64,000 nucleotides of DNA from Candidatus Magasanikbacteria bacterium RIFCSPLOWO2_12_FULL_43_12 (GCA_001783065.1 MFQN01000003.1:15314-79313); one strand, 5' to 3'; shown: positions 8,990 to 18,495, counted from the stretch's first letter. Program-made: numbers and translations. Notes: generated by a model from the sequence alone, not told the origin.

Positions 8990-9490
8990 TCAATGTATTT
9001 TCCAATTTCTCGCCGCCCGATCCGTCAACGGTTCCTCTTTTTCAATATCCTCCGACAGATACTCGCGCAGGCTGTGCTTAACCTCAATCGGATTCATGTC
9101 TAAAAGCGGAATACGCAGTATTGGTTGAAGCGTATTTTTAGTGTCCAAAAATAATGTTTTGACTTCCGGCGGGTTGTAAACAATATAAAAATTCTCAAAT
9201 TCTGCGTAGGGATAAAAACGGGTGCCGACAATTACGCCCAAATCGGTTATCTGAAACGGAATCTGACGCGGTTCTTGATGCGATTGCAAAAATAAAATAA
9301 TCGCCGCCAAGATAACGATTAAAGAAAACAAAAAGTTGCCTGTAAAAACTCCATACAAAACCAATGCCAACCCCAAGACCGCTGCCAAAACATACCACAA
9401 CATCCCGCGGGCATGCTTTTCATATTCTAAAATTGTCCACTCGTGGATAACATCGCCAAGTAATGTTTCTTCGGTGATTTTTTGCGGCAT
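8990..9490 (-). CDS. Hypothetical membrane protein (two TM helices plus PH-like domain)
   Basis: EYEKHARGMLWY followed by two hydrophobic helices; ITDLGVIVGTRFYPY. Confidence 0.7.
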   Translation of the reverse strand: MPQKITEETLLGDVIHEWTILEYEKHARGMLWYVLAAVLGLALVLYGVFTGNFLFSLIVILAAIILFLQSHQEPRQIPFQITDLGVIVGTRFYPYAEFENFYIVYNPPEVKTLFLDTKNTLQPILRIPLLDMNPIEVKHSLREYLSEDIEKEEPLTDRAARNWKIH

Positions 9491-9586
9491 ATTAAATTAA
9501 TTCCGTAGTTATATTGTACCAGATACAAAAAACATTGTAAAACTTCCACAGACCCTTTGCCAAGTCTTGCAACTACGTAAACTATA

Positions 9587-9988
9587 TCAATTTTTTAGAT
9601 TGATAGCCAGTTCCGGATCAGCTGTTTCTTCAAGTCGTTCATAACCGACACGAGCCAACCAGAGCTTGAATGGCTCGGCGTTGGGCGAGGGAATTGATTG
9701 AATGAGACGAAGCATTACTTCAGTATCTGCGGCATCGGTAAGACGCATTTTACCATCCGGCGCAATCATTTTCAAAGCGTGACATTTTGTCACGGTTTCT
9801 CCTCCCCCTTCTTTTAATAATCTTTCTTTAAGTTTCCGCCAATAGGCCGCAGGATCAACACTTTTTGTTAAAACAGCAATGATGTCGGAAACGGAAAAAT
9901 ACCAAAACTCTTTTTCTTCGTCCCAATGACGGCGGATTTGTTGTCCTTCAAAAATGGCAATGACTTTGTTTTTTGATTGTTTTTTCAT
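9587..9988 (-). pseudogene. Truncated BRO-N/antirepressor-like protein
   Basis: IRRHWDEEKEFWYFSV, YWRKLKERL, DGKMRLTD, IPSPNAEPFKLWLA; stops abruptly after DPELAI; lies at a tRNA 3' end. Confidence 0.7.
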
Positions 9989-9997
9989 AAAAACACA

Positions 9998-10074
9998 TGG
10001 TGGTCGCACCTGGATTCGAACCAGGGACCTTCGCAATGTGAATGCGACGCTCTAACCAGCTGAGCCATGCGACC
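9998..10074 (-). tRNA. tRNA-Val(CAC)
   Basis: GGTCGCATGGCTCAGCTGGTTAGAGCGTCGCATT-CAC-ATTGCGAAGGTCCCTGGTTCGAATCCAGGTGCGACCACCA. Confidence 0.93.
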
Positions 10075-10125
10075 ATAGCTGAAACCATAATATCACATGA
10101 TAATCAAAAAATCAATGATCTGGCC

Positions 10126-10154
10126 TTGTCAAATCCTCCAAAAACCGCTATACT
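10126..10154 (+). promoter_or_regulatory. sigma70 promoter of the LCP gene
   Basis: TTGTCA-17 nt-TATACT, 10 nt before the ATG at 10165. Confidence 0.6.
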
Positions 10155-10164
10155 ATGGCCAGAT

Positions 10165-11601
10165 ATGGAAACCAGACGGATAAATTTTTTATATACCAAC
10201 AATCCGATAGAAATTCCGCCGGAATTGCCGCCGCAAAAATCGCGCAAATGGCCGATTTTTTTGATTGTAATCGCGCTGTTAATTATTATTGGCGGCGTGA
10301 TTAAACTGATGGCAAAAGAAAACGCGCCCGATGATCCTTTGGCGTATGACCCGATAACACTGGAACCAAAAAAACCGGAAGGATTTATCAGCAAAATCAC
10401 GCAAATGGTTTTTTCGCGCGAATACCAGCTGAAAGGATATTCGGATGATAGAATAAATATTCTACTGCTTGGAATCGGCGGCATCGGCCATGACGGTCCG
10501 TTTTTAACTGATACGATAATGATCGCCAGTTTGAAGCCTTCAACCGGAGAAATCGCCACTATTTCCATCCCCCGCGACCTGGGTGTGGAAATCCCCGGGC
10601 AAGGCCTGAATAAAATAAATTATGCCGGCGCTTATGGCGAAGCCAAAGGGAGCGGAACCGGCGGAGCATTTGCCGTGAAAATTATTGAAGAAACTTTTGA
10701 TTTGAAAATTCATTATTACGCCCGCGTTGATTTTAAGGCATTCGCGGAAATTATTGATGAATTGGGTGGAATAACCATTAACGTGGAAAAATCATTTACT
10801 GATGAAATGTACCCGACAAAAAACGGAGGATACGAAACAGTCAGTTTTAAAACCGGAACGCAAACTATGAATGGCGCTACCGCGCTGAAATTCGTCCGCT
10901 CCCGCCACGGCAATAATGGCGAAGGCTCGGATTTCGCCCGCGCCCGGCGCCAGCAAAAAGCGATTTTCGCGCTGAAAGAAAAAGCCTTGGCGTTTTCCAC
11001 GCTGGTGAATCCGATTAAAATCAACAACATCCGCAAGACTTTATCCGACAATATCGCCACCAATTTAGAATTTTCCGATTTGATGTCTTTTTTCAAGTTA
11101 ATGCGTGAATTAAAAGTGCCAAACATCAGCACCACGGTATTGGATGACAGTGTTAATGGAAATTTGCAAAGCGCGACAACCGAATTCGGTTCGTTTATTC
11201 TTATGCCAAAAACCGGAAACTTTTCTGAAATAAACAATTTGATTGAAAATATTTTTGCCAAGACTCCGGTTAAAATTGATGACACTCCGGAACAATCCGC
11301 GATCGCTCTGCCGCCGGCGAAAATAGAGGTCCAAAACGGCACCTGGATTGCCGGCCTCGCCGCGCGCATGGGCAAACGATTGGAAGATAAAAATTTTATA
11401 ATAACGGCTGTCGGCAATACTGAAATTAAACCGATGCCAACCAGCGGAATTTATAAAATCAACGCCAACGCGCCGTTTGAAGTGATGCAAGCATTGCAAA
11501 AAGAACTCCGCATTCCGATTCGACAAACCTTGCCAAGCAACGTCACTGCTACCAGCACCGCTGATATACTGGTGCTGTTGGGGGAAGATATGAGAGAATA
11601 A
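10165..11601 (+). CDS. LCP (LytR-CpsA-Psr) family protein with LytR C-terminal domain
   Basis: TM anchor; NILLLG, LTDTIMI, SIPRDL, ALKFVRSR, SDFARARRQQ; C-terminal VQNGTWIAGLA. Confidence 0.92.
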   Translation: METRRINFLYTNNPIEIPPELPPQKSRKWPIFLIVIALLIIIGGVIKLMAKENAPDDPLAYDPITLEPKKPEGFISKITQMVFSREYQLKGYSDDRINILLLGIGGIGHDGPFLTDTIMIASLKPSTGEIATISIPRDLGVEIPGQGLNKINYAGAYGEAKGSGTGGAFAVKIIEETFDLKIHYYARVDFKAFAEIIDELGGITINVEKSFTDEMYPTKNGGYETVSFKTGTQTMNGATALKFVRSRHGNNGEGSDFARARRQQKAIFALKEKALAFSTLVNPIKINNIRKTLSDNIATNLEFSDLMSFFKLMRELKVPNISTTVLDDSVNGNLQSATTEFGSFILMPKTGNFSEINNLIENIFAKTPVKIDDTPEQSAIALPPAKIEVQNGTWIAGLAARMGKRLEDKNFIITAVGNTEIKPMPTSGIYKINANAPFEVMQALQKELRIPIRQTLPSNVTATSTADILVLLGEDMRE

Positions 11602-11713
11602 TTTTCAATTTCTAATTTTTAATTTTCAAACAATTTTCAATGAACTAATTTTCAATTATAAAACTCGGCTCATTAATTGAAAATTAAAAATTGAAAATTG
11701 AAAATTTCTGTGT

Positions 11714-13123
11714 ATGTCAACACCAGCCACAATCAAGCCTAACAATCTTCCCACCGTCGTCCTCGTCGGCCGAGTTAATGTCGGCAAATCAACTTTGTTT
11801 AATCGACTGACGGAAAAAAATCAAGCGATTGTGTCCGGTATTCCCGGCACTACCCGCACCAATAATGAAGGGCTGGTTTTGTGGCGCGGAAAATATTTCC
11901 GATTGATTGATACCGGCGGACTGACTTTTGACGAAAAAATCCAGCTGGAACCGGATATCATTAAACAAAGCGAAATGGCTGTGGCGGAAGCTGACATTAT
12001 TATTATGGTGGCTGACGCGCAAGACGGCGTCTTGCCGCAAGAAAAAGAGCTGGCAAAACGGATACGCCGAATCGCGAACAAACCGATAATGCTGGTTGCC
12101 AACAAAACCGACAGCGAAAAAATCGCCAAAAATCTGCGCCTGTCAGAATTCATGCGCCTCGGATTAGGCAAACCATTTACGGTTTCCGCCATCAGCGGCA
12201 GAAGCACCGGGGATCTGCTTGAAGAAATTTTAAAAATTCTTAAAAAAATCAAAAAAAATCTCAAAACCAAAATCACGGAAAAAGAAATAATCCAGGTAAG
12301 TTTGGTTGGCAAGCCGAACGTGGGAAAATCTTCGCTGTTCAACAAATTGATCGGCCAAGAAAAAGTGATTGTCAGCCCGATCGCCCACACCACGCGCGAA
12401 CCGCACGATACGCTGATGTCGTATGAAGACCCTTCGGTCATTCGACAAGCTCATGGCTCAGGGCAAGTTCTGATTAATTTTATTGACACTGCCGGCATCC
12501 GCCGCAAAGCCAAGGTGGAAGGCGAGCTGGAACAAAAAGGCATTGGCAAAAGCATCCAAGCGCTGGAAAAATCCGACATCTGCCTATTCGTGATTGATGG
12601 CAAAGAAATAATTTCTTCCCAAGACCAGCAGTTGGGCGGATTTTTGGAAAGGCGCGCCAAAAGCGTAATTATTTTAATCAACAAGTGGGACTTATCGCCT
12701 GATAATAGCGACCGTCAGCGAAATGATGTTAAAAAAATGATCTACGATGAATTCCCACACCTCCAATTCGCGCCGATTATGTTTATCAGCGGCAAAACCG
12801 GTTATCGCGTCCATGATATCTTCCCTCTAATCACACATGCTTGGCGCAGCCGGCACACCATTGTTCCGGAGGATGCCCTACGAGCATTTTTAAAGCAACT
12901 GATAAAAACCCATCGGCCCGCGCGCGGCAAAGGCACACGCCAGCCGGAGATTATCGCCATCCGCCAGATTGCCTCTAATCCGCCGGTTTTGAACACGGTT
13001 ATCAAAGCCAGAACATCTCTGCACCGTTCTTATGTTAATTTTATTGAAAATAAACTCCGCGAGCAGTTTGACTTCTTCGCCACGCCGGTTATAATTAAAC
13101 TATCAAAAAACAAAAAACTATGA
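11714..13123 (+). CDS. der: Ribosome biogenesis GTPase Der/EngA
   Basis: Two G domains (GRVNVGKS/DTGG/NKTD; GKPNVGKS/DTAG/NKWD) plus KH-like tail. Confidence 0.97.
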   Translation: MSTPATIKPNNLPTVVLVGRVNVGKSTLFNRLTEKNQAIVSGIPGTTRTNNEGLVLWRGKYFRLIDTGGLTFDEKIQLEPDIIKQSEMAVAEADIIIMVADAQDGVLPQEKELAKRIRRIANKPIMLVANKTDSEKIAKNLRLSEFMRLGLGKPFTVSAISGRSTGDLLEEILKILKKIKKNLKTKITEKEIIQVSLVGKPNVGKSSLFNKLIGQEKVIVSPIAHTTREPHDTLMSYEDPSVIRQAHGSGQVLINFIDTAGIRRKAKVEGELEQKGIGKSIQALEKSDICLFVIDGKEIISSQDQQLGGFLERRAKSVIILINKWDLSPDNSDRQRNDVKKMIYDEFPHLQFAPIMFISGKTGYRVHDIFPLITHAWRSRHTIVPEDALRAFLKQLIKTHRPARGKGTRQPEIIAIRQIASNPPVLNTVIKARTSLHRSYVNFIENKLREQFDFFATPVIIKLSKNKKL

Positions 13124-13665
13124 AGCTGGTTGTCGGGTTAGGAAATCCGGGAAAAATATACGCGAAGACGCGCCACAACGCGGGTTTTATGGTATTGGAT
13201 AAATTGCGCGAGGAGTTTAAAGAAAATAATATTTCCAACTGGGAGTTGAGCAAAAAATTCAATGCCGAAGTCTGCGGCTGTACCATCAGCGGCAATAAAA
13301 TCGTGCTGACCAAGCCAATGACTTTCATGAATGACTCGGGTCAAGCCGTCCAGCTCATCGCGCATTTTTATAAATTAACTCCGGCTGATTTAATCGTGAT
13401 TCATGACGACAAAGACATCAAACTCGGTGAAATAAAAATCCAAACCAACCGCTCTTCCGCCGGCCACAATGGCGCGCAATCCATCATTGACCACATTGGC
13501 ACGCAAAACTTCACCCGCGTCCGCGTCGGTGTCGCGCCGGAAAATCCAAAAAAAATGTCCGACACCGCGAAGTTTGTTTTGAACAGGTTTGGGTTGTTTG
13601 AGAGAAAAAAAATTGAAGGAGCCGTAAAACAAACTGTGAAAGAAGTATTGGGTTTGATTAAATAA
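13120..13665 (+). CDS. pth: Peptidyl-tRNA hydrolase
   Basis: VGLGNPG, TRHNAGF, KPMTFMNDSG, HDD, GHNG. Confidence 0.97.
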   Translation: MKLVVGLGNPGKIYAKTRHNAGFMVLDKLREEFKENNISNWELSKKFNAEVCGCTISGNKIVLTKPMTFMNDSGQAVQLIAHFYKLTPADLIVIHDDKDIKLGEIKIQTNRSSAGHNGAQSIIDHIGTQNFTRVRVGVAPENPKKMSDTAKFVLNRFGLFERKKIEGAVKQTVKEVLGLIK

Positions 13666-13668
13666 ATT

Positions 13669-14556
13669 ATGCGCGAAGAAATCACTAGAAGAAATTTTTT
13701 GAAAAAAACCGGAGCAATTTTAGGTTTGGCCGCTTTGGAACAAATGGGTGTTAGCGAAGCCAATGCCGAACCGAAAATTGACACGGCGACAGGTGGTAAA
13801 GAAAAAGAAAAAAACCAACTGCCGGAGATTGAATACCAAGACAAACAATTAGACGGGTTTGTTTACCAAAACAACCGCGACCGAAGAGGAAAACTAAAGG
13901 TGGAATCTCCGAAAAACGGAAGGATACTTTTTTTTAGGGAGTCGCTATCTCACAAACCAAATACAATATTACGCCAACTTGATCACGAATTGTACCACCA
14001 AAATTTTGATAAAGCCGGATTGGAAAAACAAACGGAAATCGCGCGCTTAATTTTATCAAAGTACAAAATAGAAGACATTTTAAAACAAGTCCTGAATGAA
14101 CCGACTTACGAGACGCAATTTGAACAATTGCGAAAACAATCCGGGCAACCAACCGCGGAAATTTATGCTGTCAATGAGTTTCTGGGCCACGTCATGAGCT
14201 ACGCCGATTACCCGCCGCCGGAAGTAAAAAACCCCAAAGGACATTTCACCAAACAGCAGTGGACGGAATTCTTATCTGAAGAGATAAAAAACGGCGGAAC
14301 GGAAGAAACTCTTATTGAACAATTTAAACAAAATCCGAATCTGATCACGCCCGCCTCTTCCGCCGCGTATGATGTTAGCGATAAATTCTTTTTTGAACTG
14401 CGGCAAAACAACATGTTGCTTCCAAACGATCTTAAAAAAGCGCTGGAAAAGTACGGTTTAACCGCCAATACCGAACGCGCCAAGGTTTTATTGGAGAGAA
14501 TAAAAAATCTAAAACAAAAGACACCAAATAGTCCCGATAGGGACGCCAGATTGTAG
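13669..14556 (+). CDS. Hypothetical protein with twin-arginine-like N-terminus
   Basis: TRRNFLKK followed by a hydrophobic stretch and ANA; HELYH (HExxH) motif. Confidence 0.65.
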   Translation: MREEITRRNFLKKTGAILGLAALEQMGVSEANAEPKIDTATGGKEKEKNQLPEIEYQDKQLDGFVYQNNRDRRGKLKVESPKNGRILFFRESLSHKPNTILRQLDHELYHQNFDKAGLEKQTEIARLILSKYKIEDILKQVLNEPTYETQFEQLRKQSGQPTAEIYAVNEFLGHVMSYADYPPPEVKNPKGHFTKQQWTEFLSEEIKNGGTEETLIEQFKQNPNLITPASSAAYDVSDKFFFELRQNNMLLPNDLKKALEKYGLTANTERAKVLLERIKNLKQKTPNSPDRDARL

Positions 14557-14796
14557 CCAGGGCATTTATGCCCTGGAAAAGATTCACATTTAAACAAAAG
14601 TCCCAGAGGGACGGCACAAGTTATATTCAATACTTTCCAAAATATCTATTTTGAGCGATGTGTCGTCCCTCCGGGACTATCCGACATTATTGATCTTTTT
14701 CCAGGGGCTAAAGCCCCTGGCTACTATCTGTCGCCCATGTTGGGGCTCAAAACGATTGGACAATTGAAGTACCTGACTACGACCCTTACGGGACTT
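14552..14796. repeat. REP/BIME-like palindrome cluster
   Basis: gtagccagggcatttatgccctgg and inverted ccaggggctaaagcccctggctac; gtcccagagggacggcaca and tgtgtcgtccctccgggac. Confidence 0.7.
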
Positions 14797-14951
14797 AACG
14801 ATATAAAATACATTTTGTAAGCATTAGACTGCCTGCCTATAGATCAATTGTCCATAACGGGATATCTAAAGAGATCATTTGTTGCATTAGATTTTTAAAC
14901 CAAACCCATTAGCAGCATTAGCATAAATTAGTATATTGGCATTATACTCAA

Positions 14952-16031
14952 ATGCGCAAAGAAATCCTCCTCTCCTACTTCCCTAAAATCACCCCCAAAC
15001 GCTACCAGCAAATGCTGGGGCTTTTTGCATCTTTGGATAACGCCTGGCAAGGACAATTTGACGATTACAAAAAAATCGGCTGGGAAGACGATTTGATTAA
15101 TGAATTCCTGAAATGGCGCGACGCGGTTGATGAAGAAAAAATTGAAAAAATTCTGAAGCAGGAAAAAATTCATTGCCTGCTAAAAGACAACGTTGATTAT
15201 CCGCCGCTGTTGAAAGAAATTTACGATCCGCCGTTTTGTTTGTTTGTCCGCGGTGAATTGAAGCCAAACGAATTCACGCTGGCCGTGGTCGGTCCGCGCA
15301 AATTCACTCATTACGGCAAACAAATAACCGAAGAGCTGACGCGCGACCTGGCCGGACAAGGGATTACGATCGTCAGCGGTCTGGCTTTGGGAATTGACAG
15401 CGTCGCGCATCAGGCCGCACTGAACGCGAACGGAATCACGGTCGCCGTGCTTGGAACAGGAATCAATCGCGCGCACATTTACCCGGCCGCCCACAAACAG
15501 CTGGCGGAAAAAATTATTGATAGCGGTGGAGCGGTCATTTCCGAATACCCGCCGGGCACTCTGCCGACCAAATTTACTTTTCCCCGCCGCAACAGAATTA
15601 TTGCCGGCATGTCGCTCGGCACTCTGGTGATTGAAGCCGCGGAAAGCTCGGGCGCGCTGATTACGGCGCAATGCGCGCTTGATTATAATCGCGAAGTTTT
15701 CGCCGTGCCGCAAAATATTACTTCGCCGACAGCGCTGGGGACAAACACTTTAATTAAAAACGGCGCGCATCCGGTAACTGCGGCGCAAGATATTTTTGAC
15801 GCGCTAAATTTGCATGATGTAAAAAAATTCATCGCTAATCGCGAAATTATTCCTGACTCCCCGACCGAAGCGGAAATCCTCAAGCATCTTTCCCGCGAAC
15901 CGGCTCATGTTGACCAGCTCGTCAAACTCTCCGGCCTTGACAGTCCGGCGGTAAATAGTACACTGGTACTTATGGAGATGAAAGGGAAGGTGAGGAATTT
16001 GGGAGGGATGATGTACGTGTTAAGTAAATAA
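14952..16031 (+). CDS. dprA: DNA-processing protein DprA
   Basis: YPPLLKEIYDPP, IVSGLALGID, FPRRNRIIAG, SGALITA; C-terminal winged helix. Confidence 0.96.
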   Translation: MRKEILLSYFPKITPKRYQQMLGLFASLDNAWQGQFDDYKKIGWEDDLINEFLKWRDAVDEEKIEKILKQEKIHCLLKDNVDYPPLLKEIYDPPFCLFVRGELKPNEFTLAVVGPRKFTHYGKQITEELTRDLAGQGITIVSGLALGIDSVAHQAALNANGITVAVLGTGINRAHIYPAAHKQLAEKIIDSGGAVISEYPPGTLPTKFTFPRRNRIIAGMSLGTLVIEAAESSGALITAQCALDYNREVFAVPQNITSPTALGTNTLIKNGAHPVTAAQDIFDALNLHDVKKFIANREIIPDSPTEAEILKHLSREPAHVDQLVKLSGLDSPAVNSTLVLMEMKGKVRNLGGMMYVLSK

Positions 16032-16165
16032 TAAGTAAATAGAACCCATATGATTTAACTAAAATTACCAATTCTCAATTTTCATAATTTTCAAAAAAAA
16101 TTTAAAATTTTGAATTTCTCCTGAAAATTGAAAATTCGTAAATTGAAAATTTTAATATAATTTCT

Positions 16166-16858
16166 ATGCAAAAACTTAATCTCAAAAAAATCATCTTCCT
16201 CGCCGCCTTCGCTCTCATCGGTCTCGCCGCGATGCAGGTTCCGTTCAGCCAGCTCGTCGGCGCGAAGGGCGTCCGTTTCTCGCTCTTTGACTTCTACGGC
16301 CCGATCGCCGGCGGATTTGTCGGTTCAATCTGGGGTTTGGTGACAGTCGGGATAATGCAACTGGCCAACTGGGCATGGCACGGTTTCGCAACTGACGCCG
16401 GAACGATTATCAGATTTTTCCCAATGTTGTTTGCTTTATTGTATTTTGCTAAAAAAACACGATGGATGTTGTTGGTTCCGGCAATCGCTATGATTGCTTT
16501 CTGGGCGCATCCGGAAGGGAGACAGGCGTGGTATTACGCTCTTTACTGGTTAATTCCGATTGCCGCGTATTTCTTTCATGAAAAATCGATCCTGCTCCGC
16601 GCTCTCGGTACCACTTTCACCGCTCACGCTGTCGGCGGGGCATTGTGGATTTGGATTTTCAATATGAAAGCAATATTGTGGATTGGCTTAATCCCCGTAG
16701 TCTGGAAAGAACGAGGTCTGATGGCGATCGGCATTACTCTCACTTTCATTCTCTTTAATTTTTTGATGAGCGTTATCGCGCAAAAAACAAAAATCCAGTT
16801 GCCGTTCATAAAATTAAATCCGAAATACTCGCTCCAGCAAAATAAAACAACCCTTTAA
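16166..16858 (+). CDS. Polytopic membrane protein, possibly ECF S-component-like
   Basis: 230 aa with ~6-7 hydrophobic helices; family assignment is a guess. Confidence 0.6.
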   Translation: MQKLNLKKIIFLAAFALIGLAAMQVPFSQLVGAKGVRFSLFDFYGPIAGGFVGSIWGLVTVGIMQLANWAWHGFATDAGTIIRFFPMLFALLYFAKKTRWMLLVPAIAMIAFWAHPEGRQAWYYALYWLIPIAAYFFHEKSILLRALGTTFTAHAVGGALWIWIFNMKAILWIGLIPVVWKERGLMAIGITLTFILFNFLMSVIAQKTKIQLPFIKLNPKYSLQQNKTTL

Positions 16859-16873
16859 CAGAGTTGCTTTAGC

Positions 16874-16963
16874 GGCGGAGAGCAATGGAGTCGAACCATA
16901 TTCGTCTTGCGACGAACCGACTACTTATCAGGTAACGTTCTGCGCCGGCAGAATTTACTCTCC
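16874..16963 (-). tRNA. Non-canonical 8/4 allo-tRNA-like gene, anticodon GAT, long variable arm
   Basis: GGAGAGTA AA TTCTGC CGGC GCAGAA C GTTAC CTGATAA GTAGT CGG TTCGTC GCAA GACGAA T ATGG TTCGACT CCAT TGCTCTCC G CC. Confidence 0.8.
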
Positions 16964-17000
16964 ATGCGCACCGCCAGCGATATTTTATCATAAAACAATA

Positions 17001-17069
17001 AAACAAAACACCCCTTTCGGGGGTTTTGTCGATTCGCGAAAACGAATACGGTTCGCTACCTGATAAGTA
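17001..17069 (-). ncRNA. Putative small RNA antisense to the allo-tRNA, ending in an intrinsic terminator
   Basis: 13/13 complementarity to the anticodon arm plus a 28-nt block complementary to the V-arm/T-arm; CCCC-GAAA-GGGG hairpin with U-rich tail. Confidence 0.65.
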
Positions 17070-17074
17070 CTCCA

Positions 17075-17103
17075 AATATATCATGCTGCAAGAAATTTGT
17101 CAA
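17075..17103 (-). promoter_or_regulatory. sigma70 promoter for the antisense sRNA
   Basis: TTGACA-17 nt-TATATT with TGn extension; TTATCCACA (DnaA-box consensus) at 17109-17117. Confidence 0.7.
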
Positions 17104-17124
17104 GTTTTTTATCCACAACAGAAC

Positions 17125-18495
17125 ATGAACTTCAACCAAGCCTACAACTATATTCTTTCTCTTAATAATCTGCCGAGAAAAGAATACATGAGCGATCCGC
17201 GCCATTGCGGATGGTATTTGTTGCGTTTGCAATTCTTTTTAAATCTGATTGGAAATCCGGAACGCAAAATCCCCCACTATATTCACGTAACCGGCACATC
17301 AGGTAAGGGATCGGTAACCGCGTATCTGCATTCAATCCTGCAAGCTTCCGGCAAAACCGTCGGCTCAACCTATTCTCCGCACCCAACGATAATCACTGAA
17401 CGTTGGAAGGTCGGGAAACATTACATGACTAAAAAAGAGTTTGCCGATATCGTGGAATATCTAAAACCAAAACTGGATGAATACATCGCCAAAACGCCTT
17501 ATGATATGCTTTCTTTTTTTGAAGTTACCGAAGCGATCGGCTTGTTATTTTTCGTCCGCAAAAAAGTCAGCTGGGCGGTGATGGAAGTTGCTTGCGGCGG
17601 CCGGACAGACTCCAGCAATATCATTCCTTGGAAAGACGCGGCGATAATCACCAATATCGGCGTGGACCACATCGGCGTGCTTGGCAGAAACAAAGCGGAA
17701 ATCGCGTATGAAAAAGCGGGAATAATTAAGCGAGGCGCGCCAGTATTCACGATGGAGAAGGATGAGAAGATGTTGGAAATCATAAGAAAAGAATGCAAAA
17801 AAAATTCAGCCAAACTTTATCTCTCACATCCTACGCCCTACGCCCTACGCCCAACGACTGACATAGGACATATGGCATATGACGTAGGTAAGATGAAATT
17901 TAGTTATCAAAACGAAAATTATTCTATCCCTTGTCTCGGCGCTCACCAAATTCGTAACGCTATTCTCTGCATTGAGATTGCCCAACATTTAGGAATCAGC
18001 CGACAGTCTATAAAAAAAGGATTAAGCCGGGTTCAACAGCCGTTGCGAATGGAAGTTGTTTCTAAAAATCCGCTAATAATTCTTGATGGAGCGCATAATC
18101 CGGATAAGATGCGGACGACGGTAGATACACTTCATCACTTCATCACTTCATCACTTCATCACAGCGACACGAGACGCAATGTCAATTTACTGGTTGGTTT
18201 TTCCGGCGACAAAAACGTGGCAAAAATGATAAAACAACTTGTTTCCCTAAAACCCAAAACAATCGCGGTGACACGCAACACTACCAACCCGTTCCGCAAA
18301 GTGGCTGACCCGCAATCCACAAGCAAACAATTCAAAAAACTTTTACCGAAAACGAAAATCAAAATTTTTCTTGATCCTAAAACCGCGTTAGCTTGGTCAA
18401 AAAAACAAACAAAAAAAGACGAAATATTGCTCGTTACCGGCTCAATATTTGTAAGCGGAGAACTCCGCCCTCAATTTAAAGTGAAAAAGAAATAA
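17125..18495 (+). CDS. folC: Folylpolyglutamate synthase/dihydrofolate synthase (Mur-ligase family)
   Basis: IHVTGTSGKGS, SPH, EVACGGRTD, IAYEKAGI, ILDGAHNP, LLVTGSIF; start MNFNQAY. Confidence 0.9.
   Translation: MNFNQAYNYILSLNNLPRKEYMSDPRHCGWYLLRLQFFLNLIGNPERKIPHYIHVTGTSGKGSVTAYLHSILQASGKTVGSTYSPHPTIITERWKVGKHYMTKKEFADIVEYLKPKLDEYIAKTPYDMLSFFEVTEAIGLLFFVRKKVSWAVMEVACGGRTDSSNIIPWKDAAIITNIGVDHIGVLGRNKAEIAYEKAGIIKRGAPVFTMEKDEKMLEIIRKECKKNSAKLYLSHPTPYALRPTTDIGHMAYDVGKMKFSYQNENYSIPCLGAHQIRNAILCIEIAQHLGISRQSIKKGLSRVQQPLRMEVVSKNPLIILDGAHNPDKMRTTVDTLHHFITSSLHHSDTRRNVNLLVGFSGDKNVAKMIKQLVSLKPKTIAVTRNTTNPFRKVADPQSTSKQFKKLLPKTKIKIFLDPKTALAWSKKQTKKDEILLVTGSIFVSGELRPQFKVKKK

Noticed and set aside
9587-10074. 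Prophage or ICE integrated at tRNA-Val(CAC)
   Set aside because: Only a truncated BRO-like gene; no integrase, phage genes or att duplication seen
10104-11526. Long antisense ORFs here and throughout (e.g. 11821..12441, 31598..32395, 54343..54972)
   Set aside because: Shadow frames opposite well-supported genes, with no recognisable motifs
16874-16963. tRNA-Sec (selC) or tmRNA end
   Set aside because: Anticodon is GAT not TCA, the T-stem is 4 bp, and no tmRNA tag region or G3-U70 alanine acceptor is present
17109-17117. TTATCCACA boxes (17109, 42436, 59801) as oriC
   Set aside because: Isolated single boxes beside promoters; no cluster and no dnaA/dnaN in the window
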